Notes under the pieces: generated by a model | What the model was told of the DNA's origin: nothing | Databases searched by the model: none | The model's input: only the letters and a program-made list of their open reading frames with translations | Position numbers and translations under genes: made by a program | In this document: positions 1-8,821 of the stretch, one piece after another | How the letters are laid out: each line of letters begins with the position of its first letter | Numbering within the stretch: the first letter of the stretch is position 1 | Origin: Bacillota bacterium | Lineage (GTDB): Bacteria; Bacillota; Clostridia; Peptostreptococcales; Anaerovoracaceae | Direction: 5' to 3' | NCBI GenBank assembly: GCA_029266295.1 | Contig: JAQSXD010000001.1 | Location: forward strand, 1-43,042 | DNA: 43,042 nucleotides

Positions 1-587
1 GACGAATCAAGCCAGAAACCGTTCAGATCCGGCAGTGGATTCGTATTGCTCCCCTGCCATTTGCTGATATCCCTGTTGCCGTAATGAAGATTTTCCAGTT
101 CCCTTTGAAACGATTCTTTCCCAACCATATCGATGACCTGCCGATAATACCAGATGCATGATTTTTGAAATGCATCCTTCAGGGTTACATCAGCATTCCA
201 CACTTCAACCGGGTAGATTCCTCCATTGTAGTTCATCCTGGAATCCTCTGATTCTAGAACACCGTATTTCAACCCCATAAGTGTTGAGATCAGCTTAAAC
301 GTTGAGCATGGAGATTTTTGCTGCTCACATAGTTCTTTCTGATACAGGCTGTATTGTTCACTTAGATTATCATAAAAAACGGCACAGCCATTGATGCCGT
401 TAAAATAGCTGTCGTAATCTAATTCTATGTAGCTGTCTTCAAAACCTTCAGGCAATCTGTCCGGAGACTGCTGCTCAAATGAACCTCTTGTTTCACCAGA
501 CTGAGACCCAGGACGATCCTGGCCTCCACAGCCAGCGAAACTGAACGAAATGAAAGTGCTTAAGAAAAGGCAAATGATATTTCTCAT
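1..587 (-). CDS. Class D (OXA/CDD-like) serine beta-lactamase family lipoprotein, 3' end runs off the window
   Basis: Not in the ORF track (no stop inside the window). Manual translation from ATG 587: MRNIICLFLSTFISFSFAGC (lipobox FAGC)...SPCSTFK (STFK)...SCIWYY (SxV-type)...LHYGNRDIS (YGN)...NGFWLDSS. Divergent from blaI/blaR1. Confidence 0.9.
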   Translation of the reverse strand, partial: MRNIICLFLSTFISFSFAGCGGQDRPGSQSGETRGSFEQQSPDRLPEGFEDSYIELDYDSYFNGINGCAVFYDNLSEQYSLYQKELCEQQKSPCSTFKLISTLMGLKYGVLESEDSRMNYNGGIYPVEVWNADVTLKDAFQKSCIWYYRQVIDMVGKESFQRELENLHYGNRDISKWQGSNTNPLPDLNGFWLDS

Positions 588-615
588 GTCCAATACTCTC
601 TTTCTGATTTTATTC

Positions 616-649
616 TTACACATGTAATATTAACATCTTACAGTTGTAA
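616..649. promoter_or_regulatory. Two BlaI/MecI-type operators (TTACA-NN-TGTAA)
   Basis: TTACACATGTAA at 616-627 and TTACAGTTGTAA at 638-649, 22 bp apart; match the established TACA-N2-TGTA dyad; the second overlaps the beta-lactamase -10. Confidence 0.88.
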
Positions 650-663
650 TATATAAATGTCAA
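635..663 (-). promoter_or_regulatory. SigmaA promoter of the beta-lactamase gene
   Basis: Minus strand TTGACA (663-658), 17 bp spacer, TAAGAT (640-635). Confidence 0.78.
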
Positions 664-676
664 TATCATTTTTTTG

Positions 677-726
677 TTGACTTGCATTTCATCCAGTACT
701 ATAATTCACCTATATTACACTCGTAA
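677..726 (+). promoter_or_regulatory. SigmaA promoter of blaI-blaR1 with downstream BlaI operator
   Basis: TTGACT (677-682), 17 bp, TATAAT (700-705); TTACACTCGTAA at 715-726 is one mismatch from the dyad. Confidence 0.82.
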
Positions 727-753
727 GAATTGGGATCCACAAAGGAGGCAAAT

Positions 754-1128
754 ATGAATAAGCTACCACAGATATCAGAAGCTGAGTATGAGGTAATGAA
801 AATCATCTGGGATCACGCTCCCATCAGTACCAACGAAATCGTAGCGCTTTTGAGCAAAACAAAAACCTGGAGCCCCAAGACAATGCAAACCATGATGATT
901 CGCTTGGAAAAGAAAGGAGCGGTCTGCCACGAGAAGCAGGGCCGTCTTTACATCTATTCCCCAATCGTACACAAAGAAGATTATGTCGACATGGAAAGCC
1001 GCAGTTTTCTGAACAGGTTCTATAACGGAACGCTGAAATCAATGGTTTCCAGTTTTATAGAGAATGACAAATTGTCTGATGAGGACATCCACGAGTTAAA
1101 AGAGCTTTTATCCCGAAAAACCCGATGA
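754..1128 (+). CDS. blaI: BlaI/MecI/CopY family repressor
   Basis: ISEAEYEVMKIIW...WSPKTMQTMMIRLEKKG...GRLYIYSP...FLNRFYNG; AGGAGG RBS favours ATG 754 over TTG 730. Confidence 0.93.
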   Translation: MNKLPQISEAEYEVMKIIWDHAPISTNEIVALLSKTKTWSPKTMQTMMIRLEKKGAVCHEKQGRLYIYSPIVHKEDYVDMESRSFLNRFYNGTLKSMVSSFIENDKLSDEDIHELKELLSRKTR

Positions 1129-1181
1129 TAAAAAGAACAGGTCTGCCATAATGAATAAACAGAAGAAATGAGGTATCATAA

Positions 1182-2987
1182 GTGTCTCTCTCTTTCATGA
1201 TAGGATTTTTATGGAATAACGCGATCATTTCCATGGTCTTCCTGGTAATTATGCTCCTAAAAGCAGCACTGAAAAATCACACAACAGCAGGATTCCAATA
1301 TTATATCTGGGTTCCTTTTCTTTTCATGTCGTTTCTGCCGTTCTTGCCTTTCACCCAAGGACCTTTTTGTGGTTTCCCTGGATTTCGAAGCATCACAGCA
1401 AAAGCCGAAGAGGAAGCCGACTTCGCGCATGCTGCCACCGGAGCAGCGCCCGGCGATTGGCTGCAGGATTTTGCAATAACAGTTCAGCATCACACAGTTC
1501 CGGATCTCCATCTGCTGTTTACAGCGTTATGGGCATGCGGAGTTGTTTTCATGTCCGGCATGTTCCTGGTTGCCAACCATAGGCTGCATCAGATGAAACA
1601 GGATTCAGTGCCTTGCCTTGACAATGAGATTGCTGCAATTTTTTCAGGCTGTAAAACTGAATTAAAAATCAGCCGCTGCATCTCACTCTACCAATCAGAT
1701 CAAGCCTCCACCCCCATGAGTTTCGGAATCGTTCATCCCTGTATTATTCTTCCGGCGACGATCAGACAAAACATGAGTGAATCGGAAATTCGATACATAT
1801 TGCTTCATGAATTACAGCACTACAAAAGCAAGGATATTTATTTTAACTATGCGATCTGCCTGTCAGCGATTATTTATTGGTTTAATCCCTTTGTTTGGTT
1901 TGCCATAAAGCAGGTACGGATTGACAGGGAGGTTGCCTGCGACGCCTCGGTTCTTCGAATTCTCGGTGAAACGTCTTATATGGCATACGGAAATACCATC
2001 ATCCATTTTGCAGAGCAGTATCTTCGAAGGGCCGCGTTTAGTTTGATTCTTGAGTTCACCGGAGGCGGCAGCCAGATCCATCGCCGGATTTCGGAGATCG
2101 CACAGTTCAAAATGGAAAATAGTAAGAAAGGATTTCGCAGCAGCCTTGCGATCCTCCTAGTATTTACCACCATACTATCCATTACTCCAATGACTCCATT
2201 AAATGTTTTTGCCTTCGGCGATTATGACGATGCTTCCGAAAACCTGAATACGGAATACGAAGATCTCAGCTCATACTTTCCAAATATGGACGGGAGCTTC
2301 GTGCTCTATAATCTTGCAGCGGATTCCTACGAGATCCATAATCTCAAGCAGAGTTCCAAAAGGGTCTCCCCTGATTCAACCGTTAAGATATACAGTGCGC
2401 TGTTTGCATTAGAATACGGCATTATCTCTCCGGAAAATACGAAACTTCCCTGGGATCATAGCGATTATCCTTATGAGGAGTGGAACGGTGATCAGAACCT
2501 TGATTCTGCCATGAGGTATTCTGTCACCTGGTATTTTCAAGAACTGAACAGACGAATGGGAATGGAAAAACTCCAGGATCGTTTCGATCAGATTGGCTAT
2601 GGGAATCGAGATTTGTCAGGGGGCATTAACGATTTTTGGGCAGAGTCTTCTTTGAAGATCTCTCCCATCGAGCAAGTGGAACAAATGACCCGTTTTTATC
2701 AGAATGATTTCAAGCTCGACCCGAAAAATGTCGGCATTGTGAAAGATGCCATGCTTCTATCCCGCTCCAATAACTGCATGCTTTTCGGAAAAACAGGAAC
2801 GGGTGATGTGGAAGGCCGCAATAAGAACGGCTGGTTTGTCGGGTTTGTGGAGACAGAAGGCAATACTTATTTCTTCGCCACAAATATTCAAAACGGAGAA
2901 AACTGCAGCGGCAGCACAGCCGCCAAGATCACACTGTCCATTCTTGCCGACAAAAAAATATACAGGAATGATTCTTTGCAAAAATAA
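1182..2987 (+). CDS. blaR1: BlaR1 beta-lactam sensor/signal transducer (M56 peptidase plus penicillin-binding sensor domain)
   Basis: N-terminal TM helices, HELQH zinc motif, DREVACD; C-terminal SPDSTVK (SxxK), SVT, YGN and KTGTG motifs. Confidence 0.93.
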   Translation: MSLSFMIGFLWNNAIISMVFLVIMLLKAALKNHTTAGFQYYIWVPFLFMSFLPFLPFTQGPFCGFPGFRSITAKAEEEADFAHAATGAAPGDWLQDFAITVQHHTVPDLHLLFTALWACGVVFMSGMFLVANHRLHQMKQDSVPCLDNEIAAIFSGCKTELKISRCISLYQSDQASTPMSFGIVHPCIILPATIRQNMSESEIRYILLHELQHYKSKDIYFNYAICLSAIIYWFNPFVWFAIKQVRIDREVACDASVLRILGETSYMAYGNTIIHFAEQYLRRAAFSLILEFTGGGSQIHRRISEIAQFKMENSKKGFRSSLAILLVFTTILSITPMTPLNVFAFGDYDDASENLNTEYEDLSSYFPNMDGSFVLYNLAADSYEIHNLKQSSKRVSPDSTVKIYSALFALEYGIISPENTKLPWDHSDYPYEEWNGDQNLDSAMRYSVTWYFQELNRRMGMEKLQDRFDQIGYGNRDLSGGINDFWAESSLKISPIEQVEQMTRFYQNDFKLDPKNVGIVKDAMLLSRSNNCMLFGKTGTGDVEGRNKNGWFVGFVETEGNTYFFATNIQNGENCSGSTAAKITLSILADKKIYRNDSLQK

Positions 2988-3059
2988 TCATTCCTGTATA
3001 TTCATGGAATCGCGGATTGAATAGAAGGCTCACACCTTGAATAAGTCAGCGTTCCTTTA

Positions 3060-3124
3060 GGGCGTGTCTGAGAATTGCTTGTGCCGGGCTGAACGCCCGG
3101 TGCAAGGAATTTTCAGACACGTCC
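3060..3124 (+). terminator. 30-bp stem-loop between convergent blaR1 and hemerythrin genes, probable terminator
   Basis: Arms 3060-3089 and 3095-3124 pair at 29/30 positions on the + strand (4 G:U, one G-G); T-rich sequence follows. Confidence 0.6.
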
Positions 3125-3137
3125 CGCGTTTATTTAC

Positions 3138-3692
3138 TTACTGCACTTTCTTCTCAAATTCCGCAACCATATTCAGATATTTTTTCTGAGTTTCCTTGGC
3201 TTCCGCATCTTGCTCGAACAGAGCGCACTCTCTTTCAAGATTGTCCTGAACATCCTGTGGCAAGTTCTTCTGTGCAAACTGATAAACGACATTGTCTTCT
3301 TTCTCGATATGCCTGTGGAGCAAGTTGACATAGGAAATGGCATTGGCAATCACATCCAGCCTTGCCTCATCATCGCCTTCCATCACTTTATGCACCGCCG
3401 CTTCTAACTCCTGAATATGCAGTCTTCCCAGATCGTGCTCCACCAGCATTCCGTGCTTCACCAGCTTTTCTGCAGCAGGGCCCAGCTCTTCCACCATTCT
3501 GTTAAACAGAAGTTTTTCTTCTTTCCCATGATGATGCTGGTCCGCATAATTTCTGACGAAATCGATCAAACCAAAGAAATCGTTATAGTCCACCGGTTCA
3601 CGTTTCAATACTTTATAGCAGTATTTTCTGATTACCGCCAGCATCCGTTTAATGTGTCTGTGCTCATCCACCATTAGTTCAATATAATTCAT
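3138..3692 (-). CDS. Hemerythrin (HHE) domain protein
   Basis: Two HHE repeats: EHRHI...HHHGKEEKLLF and EHDLGR...HIEKEDNVVY. Confidence 0.88.
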   Translation of the reverse strand: MNYIELMVDEHRHIKRMLAVIRKYCYKVLKREPVDYNDFFGLIDFVRNYADQHHHGKEEKLLFNRMVEELGPAAEKLVKHGMLVEHDLGRLHIQELEAAVHKVMEGDDEARLDVIANAISYVNLLHRHIEKEDNVVYQFAQKNLPQDVQDNLERECALFEQDAEAKETQKKYLNMVAEFEKKVQ

Positions 3693-3806
3693 TCAGTTCT
3701 CTCCTCCCATATAGTCCACAGATTGTAAAATCCGCTGAGTGCTTCATTCAAATACGCTTCACTTATAGGCCGCAACCCTCTGCGAAGCTCATGCCAGTCT
3801 GCGCGG

Positions 3807-4472
3807 CTATTTTCTTGCGATGGAATACTCCCCTTCATTTCGTTTTTCAAATTGGAGCGCGGGGTTCAGCGTCCTGATAAAGGAAGCAATCCAAGCTTCT
3901 CTGAGTGCAAAGAAGTTTCCAAGGTCCCCTCCGGCTTCATTCCAATACGGTTCATGAAGTTCTGCTGCCGTCTGCCAGAGCAATTCGTCTTCCGTATTTT
4001 GAATTACCTGACTTCCCCTGTCACAGGGCATTCCCTCGAGAATAAAGTCATTGAGCGCATTGTACGCGCCTTCCGGTGTTTCCACTCCCGCTGAAAAACG
4101 GACCTCTTCCGCGCCTTCTGCCGGAGTTTTATACTCTAGGGCTGCCGCTTCTCCCTGATTTCCAAAGATCTTTAGAAGCGCGTCTTTATGGCTTGGATCT
4201 TCTCTTAAAACCGCAGTTACCAGCCCCGCCTGTCTCAGTTCAACACTGCGTATCCGTTCCTGCAGCCAGCCGTGGATATTGGAGGTATCGATGATCTCCT
4301 CAAGCGGACGGTTTCCCGTGGGCTGGCCGTATTCCCTTTGAAATTGATGCTCCCATGTGTCAGCAGCCAGTCCCTGAGATGCTGCCCACTTTAGCATATC
4401 CGCTTCTGCTTTTTCCGCCCATACAATTTTATTGTAGAGCCAGTAATGAATCTTTCCTAAAAACAAACTCAT
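3807..4472 (-). CDS. Hypothetical protein in the ric/hemerythrin operon
   Basis: 221-aa ORF with GGAG RBS, co-oriented and tightly packed; motifs GKIHYWLYNKI, NIHGWLQ, LEGMPCD; no function recognised. Confidence 0.8.
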   Translation of the reverse strand: MSLFLGKIHYWLYNKIVWAEKAEADMLKWAASQGLAADTWEHQFQREYGQPTGNRPLEEIIDTSNIHGWLQERIRSVELRQAGLVTAVLREDPSHKDALLKIFGNQGEAAALEYKTPAEGAEEVRFSAGVETPEGAYNALNDFILEGMPCDRGSQVIQNTEDELLWQTAAELHEPYWNEAGGDLGNFFALREAWIASFIRTLNPALQFEKRNEGEYSIARK

Positions 4473-4505
4473 ATATTCTCTCCCTTTGTTACCTTATCCG
4501 CCGTA

Positions 4506-4697
4506 CTAGATTGCCTGATTCAATCTCTCAACCAACTTGTCGACGTCGATACCGTGAATGGTTGCCGCTTCTTCCAGTGTCTCTGACTGGGCAGATGGAC
4601 AACCGACGCAGCCCATTCCAAAGTCCATCAAAATCCTGATTGTCTGCTGATACGTTCTTACCACTTCTCCGATGGTCATTTCTTTTGTGATCGCCAT
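4506..4697 (-). CDS. DUF1858 / hybrid-cluster-protein-associated redox disulfide domain protein
   Basis: ITKEMTIGEVV...GMGCVGCPSAQSETLEEAATIHGID; GGAGG RBS supports ATG 4697. Confidence 0.88.
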   Translation of the reverse strand: MAITKEMTIGEVVRTYQQTIRILMDFGMGCVGCPSAQSETLEEAATIHGIDVDKLVERLNQAI

Positions 4698-4796
4698 ACG
4701 ATGATCCTCCATTTAAACGCGGGGGTTATGACCCGCTTCCTTTACATGCGGCGGGGGTACGATCCCGCTCGTTCAACCAATAAGTTTCTGCTTAAT

Positions 4797-5519
4797 TTAT
4801 ACTGTTTTCTGTTTCTCGTTCAAACCAACTCCAAGCCGTTGAAACAGAATATTGTTTTCAAGGTGAATGTGCTGGAACAAATCTGCTTCCAGCTCCTCTA
4901 ATGTTTCAAAGGTACGTCTGTAAGTCCCGCAGCCATCCTTAGGAACCGAATAATCGGCAGTGATTTCACGTAATTCTTTGAGAATATCGCCCGCCGCTTC
5001 GTGCTCTTCCTCCGTTTCCACTGCTGTTTCTTTCATGTTTTTATAAAGATCGTCTGACGGCTCATCCTCATACAGCTTGATCATGGGGAACAAAATCTCC
5101 TCTTCTTTGATCAAGTGCTGCTCAAGCTCCGTTTTCAGGGTGTGAAACAGCTTGTGTACCCGGAAAAGATCCCGGTGACTGGGTCCGTGCACTCTTAAAA
5201 TCGTTGCGGTCAGCTCACTGATCTCGGGCAGTACACGTTTCACAAATACGTGATGCGTTCCGACAATGTAATCGATGAGCTGGGAAGAGGTCATTTCTCT
5301 GTAATCGACTTGATCATTCAATCGCTTTGCCTCTTCATAGGCGTTCTCCAGTCTTGACAGAAGCAATTTTTCATCTAAATCCTGCTCTTTTATGGCTTCC
5401 GACAACGGCCTGTGCCCTCCGCAGCAAAAGTCAATTCGGAACTCTTTCAAAATCTCGCTTGCCTGTGGCAGGATTGAAACCACTTCGCCGATTCTCTGGG
5501 TAGTATGAAATATGCTCAT
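4797..5519 (-). CDS. ric: Repair-of-iron-centres di-iron protein (Ric/YtfE/ScdA)
   Basis: IDFCCGG motif, HHVF, HLIKEEEILFP, EHEAAG, HIHLENNILF. Confidence 0.93.
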   Translation of the reverse strand: MSIFHTTQRIGEVVSILPQASEILKEFRIDFCCGGHRPLSEAIKEQDLDEKLLLSRLENAYEEAKRLNDQVDYREMTSSQLIDYIVGTHHVFVKRVLPEISELTATILRVHGPSHRDLFRVHKLFHTLKTELEQHLIKEEEILFPMIKLYEDEPSDDLYKNMKETAVETEEEHEAAGDILKELREITADYSVPKDGCGTYRRTFETLEELEADLFQHIHLENNILFQRLGVGLNEKQKTV

Positions 5520-5633
5520 AATTATCCTCCTTTATTCTTTATCACAATGGATCGTTATCATTTTCATGCGCCGTGGAAATTTCACTTGCATCTTTTTTGT
5601 CGAAGCAGTGAAAATTCCATCAGCATCATCTTT

Positions 5634-5676
5634 ATCATAAAGGCTTAGAAGGATAAAAACTGTGACCGAGATCATA
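5634..5676 (-). promoter_or_regulatory. Class II Crp/Fnr-type promoter of the ric operon
   Basis: TGTGA-N6-TCATA at 5661-5676, centred 29.5 bp upstream of the first base of a TATGAT -10 (5639-5634), i.e. about -41.5. Confidence 0.72.
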
Positions 5677-5781
5677 ATTTCATATTAATTTCAATTTTTA
5701 TGGTGCTACGACCAGGCTTGTTGAAGGCTGCATATAGAAATCCAGACAAGTTTAATGCCCAGTTAATTTAAATACGCTGTA

Positions 5782-6495
5782 CTAGTCCAGCTCTCTGCGC
5801 AAGGCTTCCTCATTCAAGAGGAGTATCTTTTTGTTTCCAATCATTTCAATGATCCCTGCATCCTGAAGAAGTGTCAGTTTCCTGCTGATAGTCTCTCTCG
5901 CAATCCCGATGTAGCTTGCCATCCCCTCTCTGCTGAAGGGAAGTGCAATCAAAATCCCCTTGGAATTCTTGACACCATATTTTTCAACAAATTCTAGAAG
6001 TACGCTGCTGATTCTTGCTTCAACACTTCTGGTCCCCATGTTTTGAACGGTGGTCTCCAGCCTTTCCAGCCTTGTGCATAACGCTCCGATGATCTTTACG
6101 CTGATCTCTGGATACCTGCGAACCAATTCCTGAAAATCATTTCGTGCGATCATGCAAATGTGAGTTCGTTCCAATGCCTCTGCATGGTAAGCTGCCTTCC
6201 TGCCCCCGAAAAGGTTGCTCTCCCCAAAGAAGTCTCCTTCGGAAAAGAGATATAAAATCTGTTCCTTCCCTTCCTGGGTGTAGCGGAATGCTTTTACTTT
6301 TCCCTGATTGATAATGGTGAGGCAATCTGCATCAGATCCTTCCAGCTGAATGATCTCACCCTTTAAATACTGTCTTCTTTGAATCAGATCAGCCACATGG
6401 GAAAGTTCTTCTTCATTCAGCCCGAAAAAAATGGGAACTCTTTGGGCGCACAGCTTGTGGCGGCATGTTCCGCAATCACAGGAATTTGTTTTCAT
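5782..6495 (-). CDS. Crp/Fnr family regulator (HcpR-like) with Cys-rich N-terminus
   Basis: cNMP-binding domain (GKVK, EGKEQIL, GDFFGE), HTH SREGMASYIGIARETISRKL; start moved to ATG 6495 (MKTNSCDCGTCRHKLC). Confidence 0.9.
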   Translation of the reverse strand: MKTNSCDCGTCRHKLCAQRVPIFFGLNEEELSHVADLIQRRQYLKGEIIQLEGSDADCLTIINQGKVKAFRYTQEGKEQILYLFSEGDFFGESNLFGGRKAAYHAEALERTHICMIARNDFQELVRRYPEISVKIIGALCTRLERLETTVQNMGTRSVEARISSVLLEFVEKYGVKNSKGILIALPFSREGMASYIGIARETISRKLTLLQDAGIIEMIGNKKILLLNEEALRRELD

Positions 6496-6544
6496 AGGTT
6501 CTCTCGCTCCGCTTTCGTTTTTATGACTGGCAGGCCAAGTCGGC

Positions 6545-6572
6545 AATAGGCCTGTGTTGCCACAAGCCTATT
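6545..6572 (-). other. Stem-loop with GCAA tetraloop downstream of hcp
   Basis: Minus strand AATAGGCTTGTG-GCAA-CACAGGCCTATT; no strong U-tract, so either a weak terminator or an mRNA-stabilising hairpin. Confidence 0.5.
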
Positions 6573-6643
6573 CCTCCAAAAGTCTATTGATCAAGTTCGG
6601 GATTGATTACTCTTTCCATTAGAACATGGTAGCTTATCGCTTA

Positions 6644-8278
6644 TTATGCCCCCATGAACATTTTTATATCTTCGTCCACAGTACCGATTCCGCCGATTCC
6701 AAACGTTTCTACAAGAACCTTAGCAACATTCGGGGAAAGAAATGCAGGCAGTGTCGGTCCGAGATGAATATTCTTCACGCCTAGGTACAGGAGTGCAAGC
6801 AGAACGATAACTGCTTTCTGCTCATACCATGCGATATTGTATGCGATAGGAAGCTCGTTGACGTCGTTTAACTCAAAGACTTCCTTCAGCTTCAATGCGA
6901 TCAGTGCCAGTGAGTAGGAATCGTTGCACTGTCCTGCATCCAGAACTCTCGGAATTCCTCCGATATCACCCAGGGCAAGCTTGTTATAACGGTATTTTGC
7001 ACAACCAGCGGTAAGAATTACCGTATCCTTTGGCAGTTTTTCTGCAAACTGCTCATAGTACTCTCTGGATTTCATTCTTCCGTCACAGCCAGCCATTACA
7101 AAGAACTTTTTGATGGCGCCGGACTTCACAGCATCTACAACTTTATCTGCCAGTGCAAATACCTGCTCGTGGGCAAATCCGCCTACGATGGTTCCATTTT
7201 CGATTTCAGTAGGTGCGCTCAGAGTCTTAGCCAGCGCGATGATTTCTGAGAAATCTTTCTTTCCGTTCTCGTCTGCTTCGATGTGCGCGCAGCCTGGAAA
7301 GCCGGAAGCACCTGTTGTAAAGATTCTGGATCTCACTTCCTCGCTTCTTGGAGGTACGATACAGTTGGTTGTAAACAGGATGGGTCCGTTAAAGGACTGG
7401 AATTCTTCCGTCTGCTTCCACCATGCATTTCCGTAGTTGCCAACAAAGTTATCGTACTTCTTGAATGCAGGATAATAGTGAGCAGGAAGCATTTCGCTGT
7501 GGGTGTATACATCCACTCCGGTGTCCTTTGTCTGCTCCAGCAACTGCTCAAGATCTGTCAGATCATGTCCGGAGATCAAGATAGCAGGGTTGTTCTTTAC
7601 GCCGATATTAACCTGTGTAATCTCGGGGTTTCCATATTTTGTGGTATTTGCGCCGTCCAGCAATGCCATTCCTGCAACACCAAATTCGCCTGTCTTTAAA
7701 GTAAGTGCAACAAGATCATCAGCAGACAGCGTATCGTCCAGCGTTGCAGCCAGCGCTTTATAGATGAAGTCATAAATATCTACATTTTCTTTTCCAAGGT
7801 TCAGTGCATGATGGGTATAAGCGGCAAGGCCTTTCAGTCCGTATATAATCAGTTCACGCAGGGATCTTACGTCCTCGTTCTCCGTTGCCAGCACGCCTAC
7901 AGATGCTGCCTTTGACAGCATGTCAGCTCTTCCGGACACTTCAAATACTGCGGCATCGTGCAGTCCTGCAACGCCTGCTGTGGAAGCTTTCAGTTCATTT
8001 CTCAAAGCGATGGCACGGCTTACTTCCGTTTCAATGGCAGCTTCGTCAAAGTTTGCATTGGTGATGGTCATGAAAAGGCTTTTCAGAACTTCGTGATTTA
8101 CGCTGCTCAGATCCTTTGCAGAAAGACCTTCTTTTACAACGATATCGGAAATTCCCTTCAGTGTGTAAATCAGAAGATCCTGCAGCTTCGCTACATCTTC
8201 GTTTTTACCGCAGACACCTTTAACCTGGCAGCCTTTTCCCCCAGCTGCTTCCTGACATTGATAACAAAACATACTCAT
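6644..8278 (-). CDS. hcp: Hybrid cluster protein (hydroxylamine/NO reductase)
   Basis: MFCYQCQE...GC...[40 protein letters not shown]. Confidence 0.97.
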   Translation of the reverse strand: MSMFCYQCQEAAGGKGCQVKGVCGKNEDVAKLQDLLIYTLKGISDIVVKEGLSAKDLSSVNHEVLKSLFMTITNANFDEAAIETEVSRAIALRNELKASTAGVAGLHDAAVFEVSGRADMLSKAASVGVLATENEDVRSLRELIIYGLKGLAAYTHHALNLGKENVDIYDFIYKALAATLDDTLSADDLVALTLKTGEFGVAGMALLDGANTTKYGNPEITQVNIGVKNNPAILISGHDLTDLEQLLEQTKDTGVDVYTHSEMLPAHYYPAFKKYDNFVGNYGNAWWKQTEEFQSFNGPILFTTNCIVPPRSEEVRSRIFTTGASGFPGCAHIEADENGKKDFSEIIALAKTLSAPTEIENGTIVGGFAHEQVFALADKVVDAVKSGAIKKFFVMAGCDGRMKSREYYEQFAEKLPKDTVILTAGCAKYRYNKLALGDIGGIPRVLDAGQCNDSYSLALIALKLKEVFELNDVNELPIAYNIAWYEQKAVIVLLALLYLGVKNIHLGPTLPAFLSPNVAKVLVETFGIGGIGTVDEDIKMFMGA

Positions 8279-8354
8279 TCTTTTTATCCTCCTATTATTG
8301 ATGCTTCATTCGCGATCATTGCGAATCAAGCTTGGTTACTCACTTGATACTGTA

Positions 8355-8401
8355 ATCATAACGGATGGAACATAAAGAATGCGTTGCATTTGCAACGCAT
8401 T
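8355..8401 (-). promoter_or_regulatory. hcp promoter with perfect palindromic operator
   Basis: AATGCGTTGCA-TT-TGCAACGCATT (8378-8401), centred 29.5 bp upstream of the first base of TATGAT (8360-8355). Confidence 0.75.
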
Positions 8402-8538
8402 TAAATATTTATTTTTAACTTTGTATTTTGCGATTTTTCTTACCTCTGATCTATGGAAGCAATCAATTCATGTAAGTTGCCTGAAATGATGCGGCAGCTA
8501 GCCTCCGGCGCTTGCCTAACCTCCCTGTAGCAACAGGG

Positions 8539-8791
8539 TCAGTTTTTGATACGATAGATCACAGCAGCAGCTTCTGCACGAGTGATATTGTTTCCGGGAA
8601 GAATCAGGTTTTCATCATTTCCGGTAATGACTCCTGATTTGATAAGAGTCGCAACCGCTTCCCGTGCATAGTCTGAAATGGTGCCGTTATCTGCGTATGC
8701 TGCCTGAAGCGTAGGAAACCGCCGGTATGAACAACACCGTTAAAAGTACTGTAAAAACCAGTGAGAATTTCCTTTGAAAGCTTTTGTTCAT
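8539..8791 (-). pseudogene. Internally deleted SLH-domain surface protein remnant
   Basis: AGGAGG plus ATG 8791 encodes signal peptide MNKSFQRKFSLVFTVLLTVLFIPAVSYA then stops at 8689-8687; the +1 frame encodes one SLH repeat YADNGTISDYAREAVATLIKSGVITG...PGNNITRAEAAAVIYRIKN* ending at 8539. Confidence 0.8.
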
Positions 8792-8821
8792 TCGCATGTC
8801 CTCCTAAAAGCGTAATGATGC

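Noticed and set aside
5566-5626. Imperfect inverted repeat in the ric leader as a riboswitch
   Set aside because: A single imperfect hairpin with no recognisable aptamer motifs or terminator tail.
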